Source: an uncultured cyanobacterium
Lineage (GTDB): Bacteria; Cyanobacteriota; Cyanobacteriia; Cyanobacteriales; Microcystaceae
DNA length: 27,547 nucleotides
NCBI GenBank assembly: GCA_903887375.1
Contig: CAISPN010000046.1
Location: 1 to 27,547, forward strand
Direction: 5' to 3'
Position 1 is the first letter of the stretch; every line of letters begins with the position of its first letter. Shown here in pieces: positions 9,581-17,431 of the stretch. The position numbers and the translations under genes are program-made. The notes beneath the pieces were generated by a model. The model was not told the origin of the DNA, made no database searches, and worked only from the letters and a program-made list of their open reading frames with translations.

Positions 9581-11043
9581 GAATCTGAATCTTTTTTAGG
9601 CGAATGATGATGGGCTTTACTAGATATTCTGACTTTATCCCCTGAGACAAGATTAGCCTGTCCATCAATTACTACTTCATCGCCAACTTCAACCTCTGCT
9701 TTTTCCAGCACAGAGAGCCCATTTATTGTATTGGTGGCAGTAACTGGTATGTTTTGCACGGTCATATCTTCTCGATCTAGCACAAAAACAAACTGCCCAT
9801 TAGGTCCAATTTGTACCGCCTGAGAAGGAACAACTTTAGCCTTGGGCATCTGAGATAGAGTTAATGTTGTATTGACAAACTGACCGGGAAAAAGATGCCC
9901 CTCTTTATTTTCAAAATCACCAATTAGCTGAACTGTCCCTGTAGAGCTGTCAATCGTATTATTTATAAAGCTTAGATACCCTTGACTGTGAAGATTATCA
10001 TTGGCAAAGGCGACATCCACTTTGAGCTTACCTTGGCTTATATATTTTCTAACTAAAGGCAGTTTGGCTTCAGCAATGGAAAAAGAGACCTGAATCGGGC
10101 GAATTCTGGCAATGGTTACCAAAGGACTGGTACTATTAGCCTGGACGATATTACCCTGGTTAATTAAGATATTGCCAGCTTTGCCATCAATAGGAGAATA
10201 AATTTTTGTATAGCTCGCTTGAACTTGCAGGTTTTCTAGTGCTGCTTGATCTGTTTTTTTGACAGCTTGAGCATTGGCAATTGCAGCTATATCTCCTTTA
10301 ACAACTTCTTGAGCATTTTTAATAGCTAATTTATCACCGTTGACTACTTGTTTGGCATTAGCGATTGCCTCTTGATCTGCTATGAGAGTTGACTTGGATG
10401 CTTGAGCGGTAGAATTGTACTGCTGAGCTTGATCTAAACTGACAGCCCCACTTTTGAAGAGCGAGTTATAGCGTTCACTAGCCGATTGGCTGTATTTAGC
10501 CTGCGCAGTATCTTTATTCAAAATAGCAATAGCCTGTTTGACGAATGCTCCATCTTTAGCCAAAGTAGCTCTGGCTTGTTCGACTTGTCCTTGATCTTTG
10601 GCAAGAGTAGCTCTGGCTTGATCAATCATGGCTTGATCTTTAGTAATTACTGCTCTAGCTTGAGCCAAAGAGGCATCTTGGCTGCGCGGATCAAGGGTAA
10701 AGAGCAACTGCCCCTTTTTAACTTCCTGTCCTTTTTTAAAATAAACTCCAGTGATCTGCCCGCTGGCTTGTGGTGTAATAGAAACTACCAAGTCAGATTG
10801 CACATTGCCAATAGCTTCTAGTTGAACTGGAACTGACTGCTCCTTGATAGTTGCGACTTTGACTATATTGGCTTTGGGAGGTCTTTCTTTTTTAGCTATG
10901 CTATTAGAAGAGATTGTTTTGATTGCCCAAAAACCAACAAGAGAAATACCTAATAAAAAAAGTAGGGGGATAAGATTTTTATTTTGTTTGTTTAACTTTA
11001 ATAAATCTCCAGATACTTGTTGGTTTTCGGTATTTTTGTTCAT
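9577..11043 (-). CDS. RND-type periplasmic adaptor (membrane fusion protein, HlyD_D23/AcrA/MdtA family) with an expanded coiled-coil hairpin
   Basis: It has an N-terminal TM anchor (LIPLLFLLGISLVGFWAI). Lipoyl/barrel motifs are present (ITPQASGQITGVYFKKGQEVKKGQLLFTLD and YTKIYSPIDGKAG). A long Ala/Gln-rich coiled coil spans residues ~118-280. Its ATG overlaps the dnaN stop as ATGA (11040..11043). Confidence 0.9.
   Translation of the reverse strand: MNKNTENQQVSGDLLKLNKQNKNLIPLLFLLGISLVGFWAIKTISSNSIAKKERPPKANIVKVATIKEQSVPVQLEAIGNVQSDLVVSITPQASGQITGVYFKKGQEVKKGQLLFTLDPRSQDASLAQARAVITKDQAMIDQARATLAKDQGQVEQARATLAKDGAFVKQAIAILNKDTAQAKYSQSASERYNSLFKSGAVSLDQAQQYNSTAQASKSTLIADQEAIANAKQVVNGDKLAIKNAQEVVKGDIAAIANAQAVKKTDQAALENLQVQASYTKIYSPIDGKAGNILINQGNIVQANSTSPLVTIARIRPIQVSFSIAEAKLPLVRKYISQGKLKVDVAFANDNLHSQGYLSFINNTIDSSTGTVQLIGDFENKEGHLFPGQFVNTTLTLSQMPKAKVVPSQAVQIGPNGQFVFVLDREDMTVQNIPVTATNTINGLSVLEKAEVEVGDEVVIDGQANLVSGDKVRISSKAHHHSPKKDSDS
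10249..10374 (-). repeat. Three tandem 42-nt (14-codon) repeats encoding the descending helix of the MFP hairpin
   Basis: The units encode QEAIANAKQVVNGD / KLAIKNAQEVVKGD / IAAIANAQAVKKTD, flanked by degenerate copies (STAQASKSTLIAD and QAALENLQVQASYT). The period is the same as in the ascending-arm block. Confidence 0.7.
10510..10677 (-). repeat. Four tandem 42-nt (14-codon) repeats encoding the ascending helix of the MFP hairpin
   Basis: The units encode DASLAQARAVITKD / QAMIDQARATLAKD / QGQVEQARATLAKD / GAFVKQAIAILNKD. Units 10552..10593 and 10594..10635 match at 31 of 42 nt by my count, including the exact 15-mer agtagctctggcttg at 10564..10578 and 10606..10620. Confidence 0.8.
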
Positions 11044-12182
11044 TTTATTATCTGAACAGGCATTACTAGATAGGTCATCTTGGCACCACCAAGAGGACTA
11101 AAAATCACAGGCTGGTTAGGCTCGTTGAACTGCATGAGAATATCAGTAGAAGGAAGTGCCTTGAGTCCATCTAAAAGATATTTAACATTAAAGGCTATTT
11201 CACCACTATCTCCAGTGATATCAGCAGCAATTATCTCTTTAGCATTGCCAAGTTCTTGGGCATCTACTGAAAGTTCAACTTCACTTTTTTTAGTATCTAG
11301 GCTGAACTTGACTAGGTGGTTTTTCTGATCAGCTAGGACTGAAACTAACTCTAATTTGCTGATTAGGCTTTTGCGTTCAATCGCTGCGGTTCTTTTAAAG
11401 CTTTTTGGAATCAGTTGACTATAGGCAGGATAATTACCATCTAATTTTCGAGAGACTAAACGCTGGGCACCTGAATCAAAAGCAAGCTGACCATCGCTGA
11501 CATAAAGTGTGATTGTTTCATCTTCCAAGCGACTAGAAATAATTCTCTCTAATTCTCGCAGAGCTTTAGCTGGAATAGTCACAGATAGATTTAATTTACT
11601 TTCTTGGGAGGCGCTTTCTTCTAAGGGGGTCTCTACTACTGCTAAACGGTGAGAATCAGTAGCAGCAAACTCTAGTTGTTCTTGGTTTCCTTTGAGGTGT
11701 ACTCCTGTTAATATTTGCTTGGTATCTTCATTGCTAGCAGCAAAGAGCACACCTTTGAGACCTTCAATGAGCGCTGCTATAGGCAAAATCAAGGGATCTG
11801 CTTCATCTAGAGTAGGAAAATTTGGGTACTGAGAGGCGTTTAACCCTCTGATTTGAAATTCCCCAGAGGTAGAAACTAAATTAATAGTTTCTTCATCTTG
11901 AGCGCTCTGTTTTAAGGTCAGTTCACCTTCTGGCAAACGCGAAACAATATCATTGAGAAGTTTGGCAGGAAGAGTAACCTTGCCACTTTTGAGCACATTG
12001 GCCGCAAATTCAGTCTTAATCCCAATGCTTAAATCAAATCCTGTCAAGCTAACTAGCCCATTTTCAGCATCGGCTTCAAGCAAAACATTAGCCAGAATTG
12101 GATGATTGGGACGCGAGGGCACCACACGACTTACAAGAGAAAGATGATTACTTAATTCGCTCTGACTGCTAGTAAATTGCAT
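11040..12182 (-). CDS. dnaN: DNA polymerase III beta sliding clamp
   Basis: The ORF is 380 aa. Its N-terminus (MQFTSSQSELSNHLSLVSRVVPSRPNHPILANVLLEAD) and C-terminus (YLVMPVQI) match cyanobacterial DnaN, and the length fits a three-domain clamp. Confidence 0.95.
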   Translation of the reverse strand: MQFTSSQSELSNHLSLVSRVVPSRPNHPILANVLLEADAENGLVSLTGFDLSIGIKTEFAANVLKSGKVTLPAKLLNDIVSRLPEGELTLKQSAQDEETINLVSTSGEFQIRGLNASQYPNFPTLDEADPLILPIAALIEGLKGVLFAASNEDTKQILTGVHLKGNQEQLEFAATDSHRLAVVETPLEESASQESKLNLSVTIPAKALRELERIISSRLEDETITLYVSDGQLAFDSGAQRLVSRKLDGNYPAYSQLIPKSFKRTAAIERKSLISKLELVSVLADQKNHLVKFSLDTKKSEVELSVDAQELGNAKEIIAADITGDSGEIAFNVKYLLDGLKALPSTDILMQFNEPNQPVIFSPLGGAKMTYLVMPVQIIK

Positions 12183-12203
12183 AAAAATTAAAAAATATAG
12201 GGT

Positions 12204-13694
12204 CTATTCTGAAATTATAGAAGTTGAAGACTTCGGTGGCAGCAGTTTAGCCGGAATACCGATTGCTGTGTGATATGCAGGAATATCTTTAAGAACCACA
12301 GCATTTGCCCCAATATTGACTCCATCGCCAATATTAACCCCACCTAAAATTTTGGCACCTGCTCCTACATTAACTTTTTTTCCTAACTTGGGTGCTTCTA
12401 AAGGGTGATCTAAATAACGATTACCTAAAGTTACCCCTTGGCGCAAAATTGAATCATCTCCAATTTCAGCATAACCATGGATGATGATTGCACTTTGATG
12501 TTCAATAATCACCCTGCGCCCCAACTGTACTGTATAGGGTAAGTCTATACCATAGACATTTCGCACATAGCGGTAAAAGAATCGGTAAATAATGCTCAAA
12601 GGAGCGCGCAAAATTTTAGGTTCAACCCCCATACGCCACTGACCAAAACGAGCAACCGCTACTGCCCTAAAACCTGGTTTGGTCCAGTCTTTGCCATGGG
12701 CTATCCAATCTTCTTTAATTTGCTCAAATAATCCCAACTGCTCTTTTGCAGGCAGGATGTTTTTGAGAAAATCCTGTAGAAAATAAGGTGGATCAGCTGG
12801 GGGTTTGTTTTGAATAATACGACGAATTGACCAGACAAGATAGGAGAGTACTACTATAAAATCTGTGAGTATTTTATAAGATTTACTGTGATTTTTGAGG
12901 AAATAACGATTGCGCGAATCAAACCAATATTGGGGGCGACGCTTAAGAAGCCCAGTGGTATTGGTTACACCCGAACTTTGTCCCACTAAATGGACAACTC
13001 TACTACTGGGAACATACCAGCATTCCCAGCCAACTCTATGAGCCTGCAGACAAAAATCCAGCTCTTCAAAGTACATAAAATATTCTTCATCGAGCAAGCC
13101 GATTTTATCAAAAACTGCTTTTCTGACAATCATACTGGCGCCTGCTACCCAATCAACTTGACAGTTTTGATCTGGTATCGGCAGAGCTATAACATATTGA
13201 GAAAACAGCTTGGACACTAAACCCAAACGCAAGGTAGAATCCATTTCGCTCCAGATACTAGGAAAGCGAAAAGCAGAACATTGAGCAGTGCCATCTGGAT
13301 CTTCTAGTCTGCTGCCAGCAATACCAACTTTAGGATTAGCTTCCATAAACTTGACAAGCTCTTGAACAGCTCCAGCTCTAATAACAGTATCAGGGTTAAG
13401 TAGCAAGACATAATCTGGTGGAGCATCTGAAGATAGAGCTTCTCTTATAGCAAAATTGTTCCCCATAGCATAACCACCATTTTGGGGAGAATCAATTAGA
13501 CTTACCCAATCTTGCCATTGGTTTTGAGTGATAGCTTGTTGGATTTTTTCACTAGATCCATCTGCAGAAGCATTGTCTACGACTGCTACTTTAGTAAATG
13601 GTGATAGCTTCGAGACTTCCTGTGCCAGAGATCCCAAACAATCTATGGTCAATTGAGCCGTTTTGTAGTTTAGGATCACTATTAATAAAGACAT
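12204..13694 (-). CDS. Bifunctional fusion of a family 2 glycosyltransferase (N-terminal) and a left-handed beta-helix O-acetyltransferase (C-terminal, serine acetyltransferase/WcaB-like)
   Basis: The N-terminal half shows GT2 motifs (LIVILNYKT, VVDNASADGS, LLLNPDT, FEELDFC). The linker contains the YWFDSRNRYF motif and a hydrophobic segment (ILTDFIVVLSYLVWSI). The C-terminal ~170 aa carry hexapeptide repeats (VNVGAGAKILGGVNIGDGVNIGANAVV) and a CysE-like helical lead-in. Confidence 0.8.
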   Translation of the reverse strand: MSLLIVILNYKTAQLTIDCLGSLAQEVSKLSPFTKVAVVDNASADGSSEKIQQAITQNQWQDWVSLIDSPQNGGYAMGNNFAIREALSSDAPPDYVLLLNPDTVIRAGAVQELVKFMEANPKVGIAGSRLEDPDGTAQCSAFRFPSIWSEMDSTLRLGLVSKLFSQYVIALPIPDQNCQVDWVAGASMIVRKAVFDKIGLLDEEYFMYFEELDFCLQAHRVGWECWYVPSSRVVHLVGQSSGVTNTTGLLKRRPQYWFDSRNRYFLKNHSKSYKILTDFIVVLSYLVWSIRRIIQNKPPADPPYFLQDFLKNILPAKEQLGLFEQIKEDWIAHGKDWTKPGFRAVAVARFGQWRMGVEPKILRAPLSIIYRFFYRYVRNVYGIDLPYTVQLGRRVIIEHQSAIIIHGYAEIGDDSILRQGVTLGNRYLDHPLEAPKLGKKVNVGAGAKILGGVNIGDGVNIGANAVVLKDIPAYHTAIGIPAKLLPPKSSTSIISE

Positions 13695-13697
13695 AGG

Positions 13698-13838
13698 TCA
13701 AGGTAGAATCATCTCAAAAATAGGAGCTGGAATCATTTCTCCACGAAAATCTAGCAACTGTACCAATATCAGGTAGCCTATCGCCAGAAGCAAAGAAATT
13801 CCCCCAGTAATAATAGCAATTGTCTTAGCTTGGTTCAT
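13698..13838 (-). CDS. Unannotated 46-aa single-pass membrane protein (hypothetical)
   Basis: My translation is [46 protein letters not shown]. Its ATG (13838..13836) overlaps the ComB-family stop (13837..13835) as ATGA. Its TGA (13700..13698) lies 3 nt before the GT2-fusion ATG (13694). It fills an otherwise unexplained 140-nt gap and is too short for the ORF track. Confidence 0.45.
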   Translation of the reverse strand: MNQAKTIAIITGGISLLLAIGYLILVQLLDFRGEMIPAPIFEMILP

Positions 13839-14572
13839 ACATCTAATTTAACAAATACACCTTTTTCTTTTTGGATGGGCAATGTGTCAATAATATCTAA
13901 ACTGGAGCAGTATTCTAAATCTTTTTGACAACCTAAACCTAAAAGTCTTTTACCGTGACTTGCTTGGTAAAAAAGATCCAATAAGCGATCTTCCCACTGA
14001 CTATAAAGAGCAACTGCGGCTATAACCTCATCATTTTCAATTGTAATGGGCACTTTTGTATTTTCCAAAAGCAACTTAGCTAGGGCGCCGGCTAAAGCTG
14101 TATCTTCTAAAGAATAACCTCCTTCCCAACCTGAACCCACTAGCCAAACGCTTTGATGATTATCTTTTTCTAAAAGATAATCAACTGTAGCTTTTCGGTT
14201 GATAAAAGCCGAAGTTAGTACGGTAGAAGCTTTAGTCACTGACTCAATAGCTCTTGTCCCATTAGTGGTACTAATAAAGAGCCTTTTATTTTTCATTTGC
14301 TCAGGGCTAAATTCCAGCGGAGAATTGCCCAAATCACAACCCTCAACCTTAGATCCTCCTCTTTCACCTGCCCGTAATCTAAGCGTTTCAGGCCAATCTT
14401 GGCTATCTTGCATTAAATTATCGATGCTTCTATAGGCAGCTACAGCCTCGGCTCCGACATCTAGGGCAGTGGCTATTGTAGTGGTAGCTCTTAGTACGTC
14501 TATGACAACTGCAGTATCGGGTAAGAATTCACTAGGGGTCAGTTCTGGCGTGTGATAAACAGATAGCTTCAC
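13835..14572 (-). CDS. 2-phosphosulfolactate phosphatase (ComB) family protein
   Basis: The ORF is 245 aa and carries family motifs [33 protein letters not shown] and [10 protein letters not shown]. Confidence 0.85.
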   Translation of the reverse strand: MKLSVYHTPELTPSEFLPDTAVVIDVLRATTTIATALDVGAEAVAAYRSIDNLMQDSQDWPETLRLRAGERGGSKVEGCDLGNSPLEFSPEQMKNKRLFISTTNGTRAIESVTKASTVLTSAFINRKATVDYLLEKDNHQSVWLVGSGWEGGYSLEDTALAGALAKLLLENTKVPITIENDEVIAAVALYSQWEDRLLDLFYQASHGKRLLGLGCQKDLEYCSSLDIIDTLPIQKEKGVFVKLDV

Positions 14573-14784
14573 TTTAAATTAAATCATCAAATATTTTGTC
14601 TCATCATAGAAGAAGTTAAGAAACATGTCAAAAAAACAATGCCAGCACAATCGTTGTAATATAAATTAAAAATTCCTCCCAAAATCAGTGAATTAGCATT
14701 GCTACTGCGACTAATTGAGGTACCAAATGCTATTGTTGATAGAGCAGCACTCCAGATAAATTGAGATTTCCTTAACTAGAAACA

Positions 14785-16719
14785 ATGGTCTTTGCTAAAT
14801 CTATCGTATCAGAGCTTCTAGAAGCCTTTCCCGATTGGCGTGCACAGATGTATTTTAAATCTTCACTAACTGCTCTATCTCACGCTATGGAGGATTTAGT
14901 ATTAGCTGGGGATGATCAGCCTCTAGTAATCGCCACTTTTCAGAAGGAGAGATTTTATCGCCAAGAGACGCAACGGTACAAAAAAGTTGCCCAAAAAAGC
15001 CAGCAAGTCTATGTTTTAGCCTCACCTGAAACAGATTTTGTTAATTTTTCCGGCGAATATGAAATGGTAGCCTTTGAACCGACAGATGTCTTAGCTCAAG
15101 AATGGCATCTGGTAGTCGTCAGTCATACTTTCACCAGTTGTTTAACCTGTCGGGAGAAAAATTATGTAGCAGATAGTCCAGCCAATAGTGATAGCAATCG
15201 TCGTTTTGAGGGAATCTGGACTTGCGAGCGTAAGTTGAGCCAAAGAGCAGCCGAGATTATTCTAGAAAGAGTCTTGGTTTACCGGCCTGAATTAGAAGAA
15301 AAAGTTGCCAGAGCCCGGGCAGAATATTTCCAATCTCCCAGAAAGCTAGTTAATCTCTCGCGTCTGGATTCTTTTCAAATTAATCCTGATCCTTTTGTAG
15401 AAAGACTAGTAGCATACCTACAAGCGGCGCAGTATAAATTAATCAAAACTAATAAAACTCTGGCTCTCAAAGAAGAAAAAGAAAGACTAATCAACGCTCT
15501 TACAACTACTATCAGAAGATCTCTTAACCCTGAAGAAATCTTAGAAATAGCAGTCAAACAACTAGGACAAAGGCTCAATATCTGTCGCTGCCTAATCTAT
15601 CGCTGCACCGAAAATGACGAGCAGGTTAAGCTAGAATATGAGTACTTAAAAGAAGGAATATCTTCACTAAAAGGCACAAGCTGGCCTCTCAAAGACAACC
15701 CTTTTTTCCAAGAAATCATTACTCGGCGCGAATCTATCAATATAGATGATACTTTGGCTGATCCTAGAATTAATGGGTTGCAAGAACTGGTGCAAAATTC
15801 TTCTATTTTTTCCTGGCTTCTGGTTCCTGTTATGTACCAAGGAAATTTATTGGGGATGGTGGAACTTCATCACTGCGATTCTCAAACTATAGTTTGGGGA
15901 AGGGAAGATATCAATCTAGTCGATGCTATTGCAGTACAAGTGGGTGTGGCGCTGATTCAAGCTGAGTCTTATGCTAATTTACAAGATCTCAATGAGCAAT
16001 TGGCTGCCTTAGATCGCACACGCTCCAATTTAGTAGCAATTACTGACCATGAGCTCAGAACTCCCCTATCGACCATCCAAGTCTGCTTAGAAAGTTTGGC
16101 CAATGAACCTAATATTACATCTGAATTGCGCCAGGTGATGCTTAGTACGGCTTTAGAAGATGCCGAAAGAATGCGTAAATTAATCCAAGATTTTCTCACC
16201 CTTTCCCAATTAGAAAGTGGCAGAGTACTCTGGCATCCCGAGCCACTTTCTCTTCCAGAATGTGTAGAATTATCCTTGAGTAATCTCTATGCCCGTTCTC
16301 GCAATATTGAAATTGCGACTATTAAAAATTTGGTTCCTAAAGCACTTCCGCTAATCCAAGCTGATGGGGAATGGCTTGTAGAGGTAATCTGTAAATTACT
16401 AGATAATGCCTGTAAATTCACTAGCGCTAAAGGAAAGGTGACTATATCAGCTCTGACAGATAAACAAGATCCTAATTTTCTAGAAGTTACAATAGCCGAT
16501 ACCGGTAGAGGAATAGAACCAAACCTATTAGAGACAATTTTTGATCTTTTCTATCAAGAAGAAGGGGCTCTCAGACGCAGTGCAGGTGGTACTGGTCTGG
16601 GCCTTGCTATATGTCGTCAGATTATAACTGGGTGGGGAGGGAAAATTTGGGCTCAATCAGCAGGCAAAAACAAAGGCAGCCAATTTCACTTCACCATCCC
16701 CCTAGCCCAAGACTATTAA
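14785..16719 (+). CDS. Soluble sensor histidine kinase with DICT, GAF, HisKA and HATPase_c domains
   Basis: The N-terminal DICT-like region reads [43 protein letters not shown]...EWHLVVVS. The GAF region reads RCLIYRC...[18 protein letters not shown]. The H-box is [13 protein letters not shown], the N-box [10 protein letters not shown]1 IADTGRGIE and G2 [14 protein letters not shown] see no TM segments. Confidence 0.9.
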   Translation: MVFAKSIVSELLEAFPDWRAQMYFKSSLTALSHAMEDLVLAGDDQPLVIATFQKERFYRQETQRYKKVAQKSQQVYVLASPETDFVNFSGEYEMVAFEPTDVLAQEWHLVVVSHTFTSCLTCREKNYVADSPANSDSNRRFEGIWTCERKLSQRAAEIILERVLVYRPELEEKVARARAEYFQSPRKLVNLSRLDSFQINPDPFVERLVAYLQAAQYKLIKTNKTLALKEEKERLINALTTTIRRSLNPEEILEIAVKQLGQRLNICRCLIYRCTENDEQVKLEYEYLKEGISSLKGTSWPLKDNPFFQEIITRRESINIDDTLADPRINGLQELVQNSSIFSWLLVPVMYQGNLLGMVELHHCDSQTIVWGREDINLVDAIAVQVGVALIQAESYANLQDLNEQLAALDRTRSNLVAITDHELRTPLSTIQVCLESLANEPNITSELRQVMLSTALEDAERMRKLIQDFLTLSQLESGRVLWHPEPLSLPECVELSLSNLYARSRNIEIATIKNLVPKALPLIQADGEWLVEVICKLLDNACKFTSAKGKVTISALTDKQDPNFLEVTIADTGRGIEPNLLETIFDLFYQEEGALRRSAGGTGLGLAICRQIITGWGGKIWAQSAGKNKGSQFHFTIPLAQDY

Positions 16720-17378
16720 AGCCCTTTGATCTCCAAAGGGAGAGGACAGCTCACATTGATCCCACCTAGCCCGCAGTAACCATTGGGATTTTTGGCAAGA
16801 TATTGTTGATGATAATCCTCAGCAAAATAAAATTCAGGCGCTTCGATAATTTCAGTGGTGATATTGCCATGGCCTGAAGATTTGATTGCCTGTTGGTAGG
16901 CTAATTTGGAGTTTTCGGCCAGTTCTTTTTGAGAGGTAGAACAATAGTAAATACCAGAGCGATACTGCGTACCTACATCATTTCCCTGGCGCATTCCCTG
17001 GGTGGGATTGTGGCTTTCCCAAAATACTTTGAGCAATTGGCTATAGCTAACAACTTTGGGATCATAGACAGCTAGTACTACCTCGTTGTGTCCGGTAAGT
17101 CCGCTACAGACCTCTTGGTAGGTTGGATTAGGAGTATAGCCAGCTGCATAGCCAACCGCGCTGACATAGACCCCCGGTATTTGCCAGAATTTGCGCTCTG
17201 CTCCCCAAAAGCAGCCCATACCAAACATTGCTAATTCCATACCATCTGGATAGGGGGCTTTTAGATTATGTCCATTGACATAGTGTTTTTCAGAAGTTGG
17301 GATCGCCTTAGCTCTTCCAGGAAGAGCTTCTTCTACCTTGGGAAGGTTTGCTTTTTTGCCAAAACCAAATAAGACCAT
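16716..17378 (-). CDS. msrA: Peptide-methionine (S)-S-oxide reductase
   Basis: The ORF is 220 aa with the catalytic motif GMGCFWGAE, the conserved motif YHQQYL, and an ATG start at 17378. Confidence 0.95.
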   Translation of the reverse strand: MVLFGFGKKANLPKVEEALPGRAKAIPTSEKHYVNGHNLKAPYPDGMELAMFGMGCFWGAERKFWQIPGVYVSAVGYAAGYTPNPTYQEVCSGLTGHNEVVLAVYDPKVVSYSQLLKVFWESHNPTQGMRQGNDVGTQYRSGIYYCSTSQKELAENSKLAYQQAIKSSGHGNITTEIIEAPEFYFAEDYHQQYLAKNPNGYCGLGGINVSCPLPLEIKGL

Positions 17379-17431
17379 ATACTGTTATGTATAAACTATG
17401 TATTTTGCTATATCTTAACATTGACATCCCA

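Noticed and set aside
11040-14784. I considered a chromosomal replication origin next to dnaN, since some cyanobacteria place oriC upstream of dnaN.
   Set aside because: There is no intergenic space upstream of dnaN (21 nt). I found no cluster of DnaA-box-like sequences (TTATCCACA or TTTTCCACA in either orientation), only isolated 1-2 mismatch hits scattered in coding DNA.
14573-14784. A minus-strand open frame in the comB/kinase intergenic region encodes a hydrophobic stretch (...LILGGIFNLYYNDCAGIVFLTCFLTSSMMRQNI).
   Set aside because: It has no ATG or GTG start upstream of the hydrophobic part, only weak TTG or ATT options. There is no SD and no family resemblance. It is more likely untranslated promoter DNA.
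17348-17431. The track gives ccdA an N-terminal extension starting at a TTG at 17348, which overlaps the msrA start.
   Set aside because: The extension ([28 protein letters not shown]) has no CcdA-like sequence and would overlap the divergent msrA 5' end. The ATG at 17432 gives a family-typical N-terminus.
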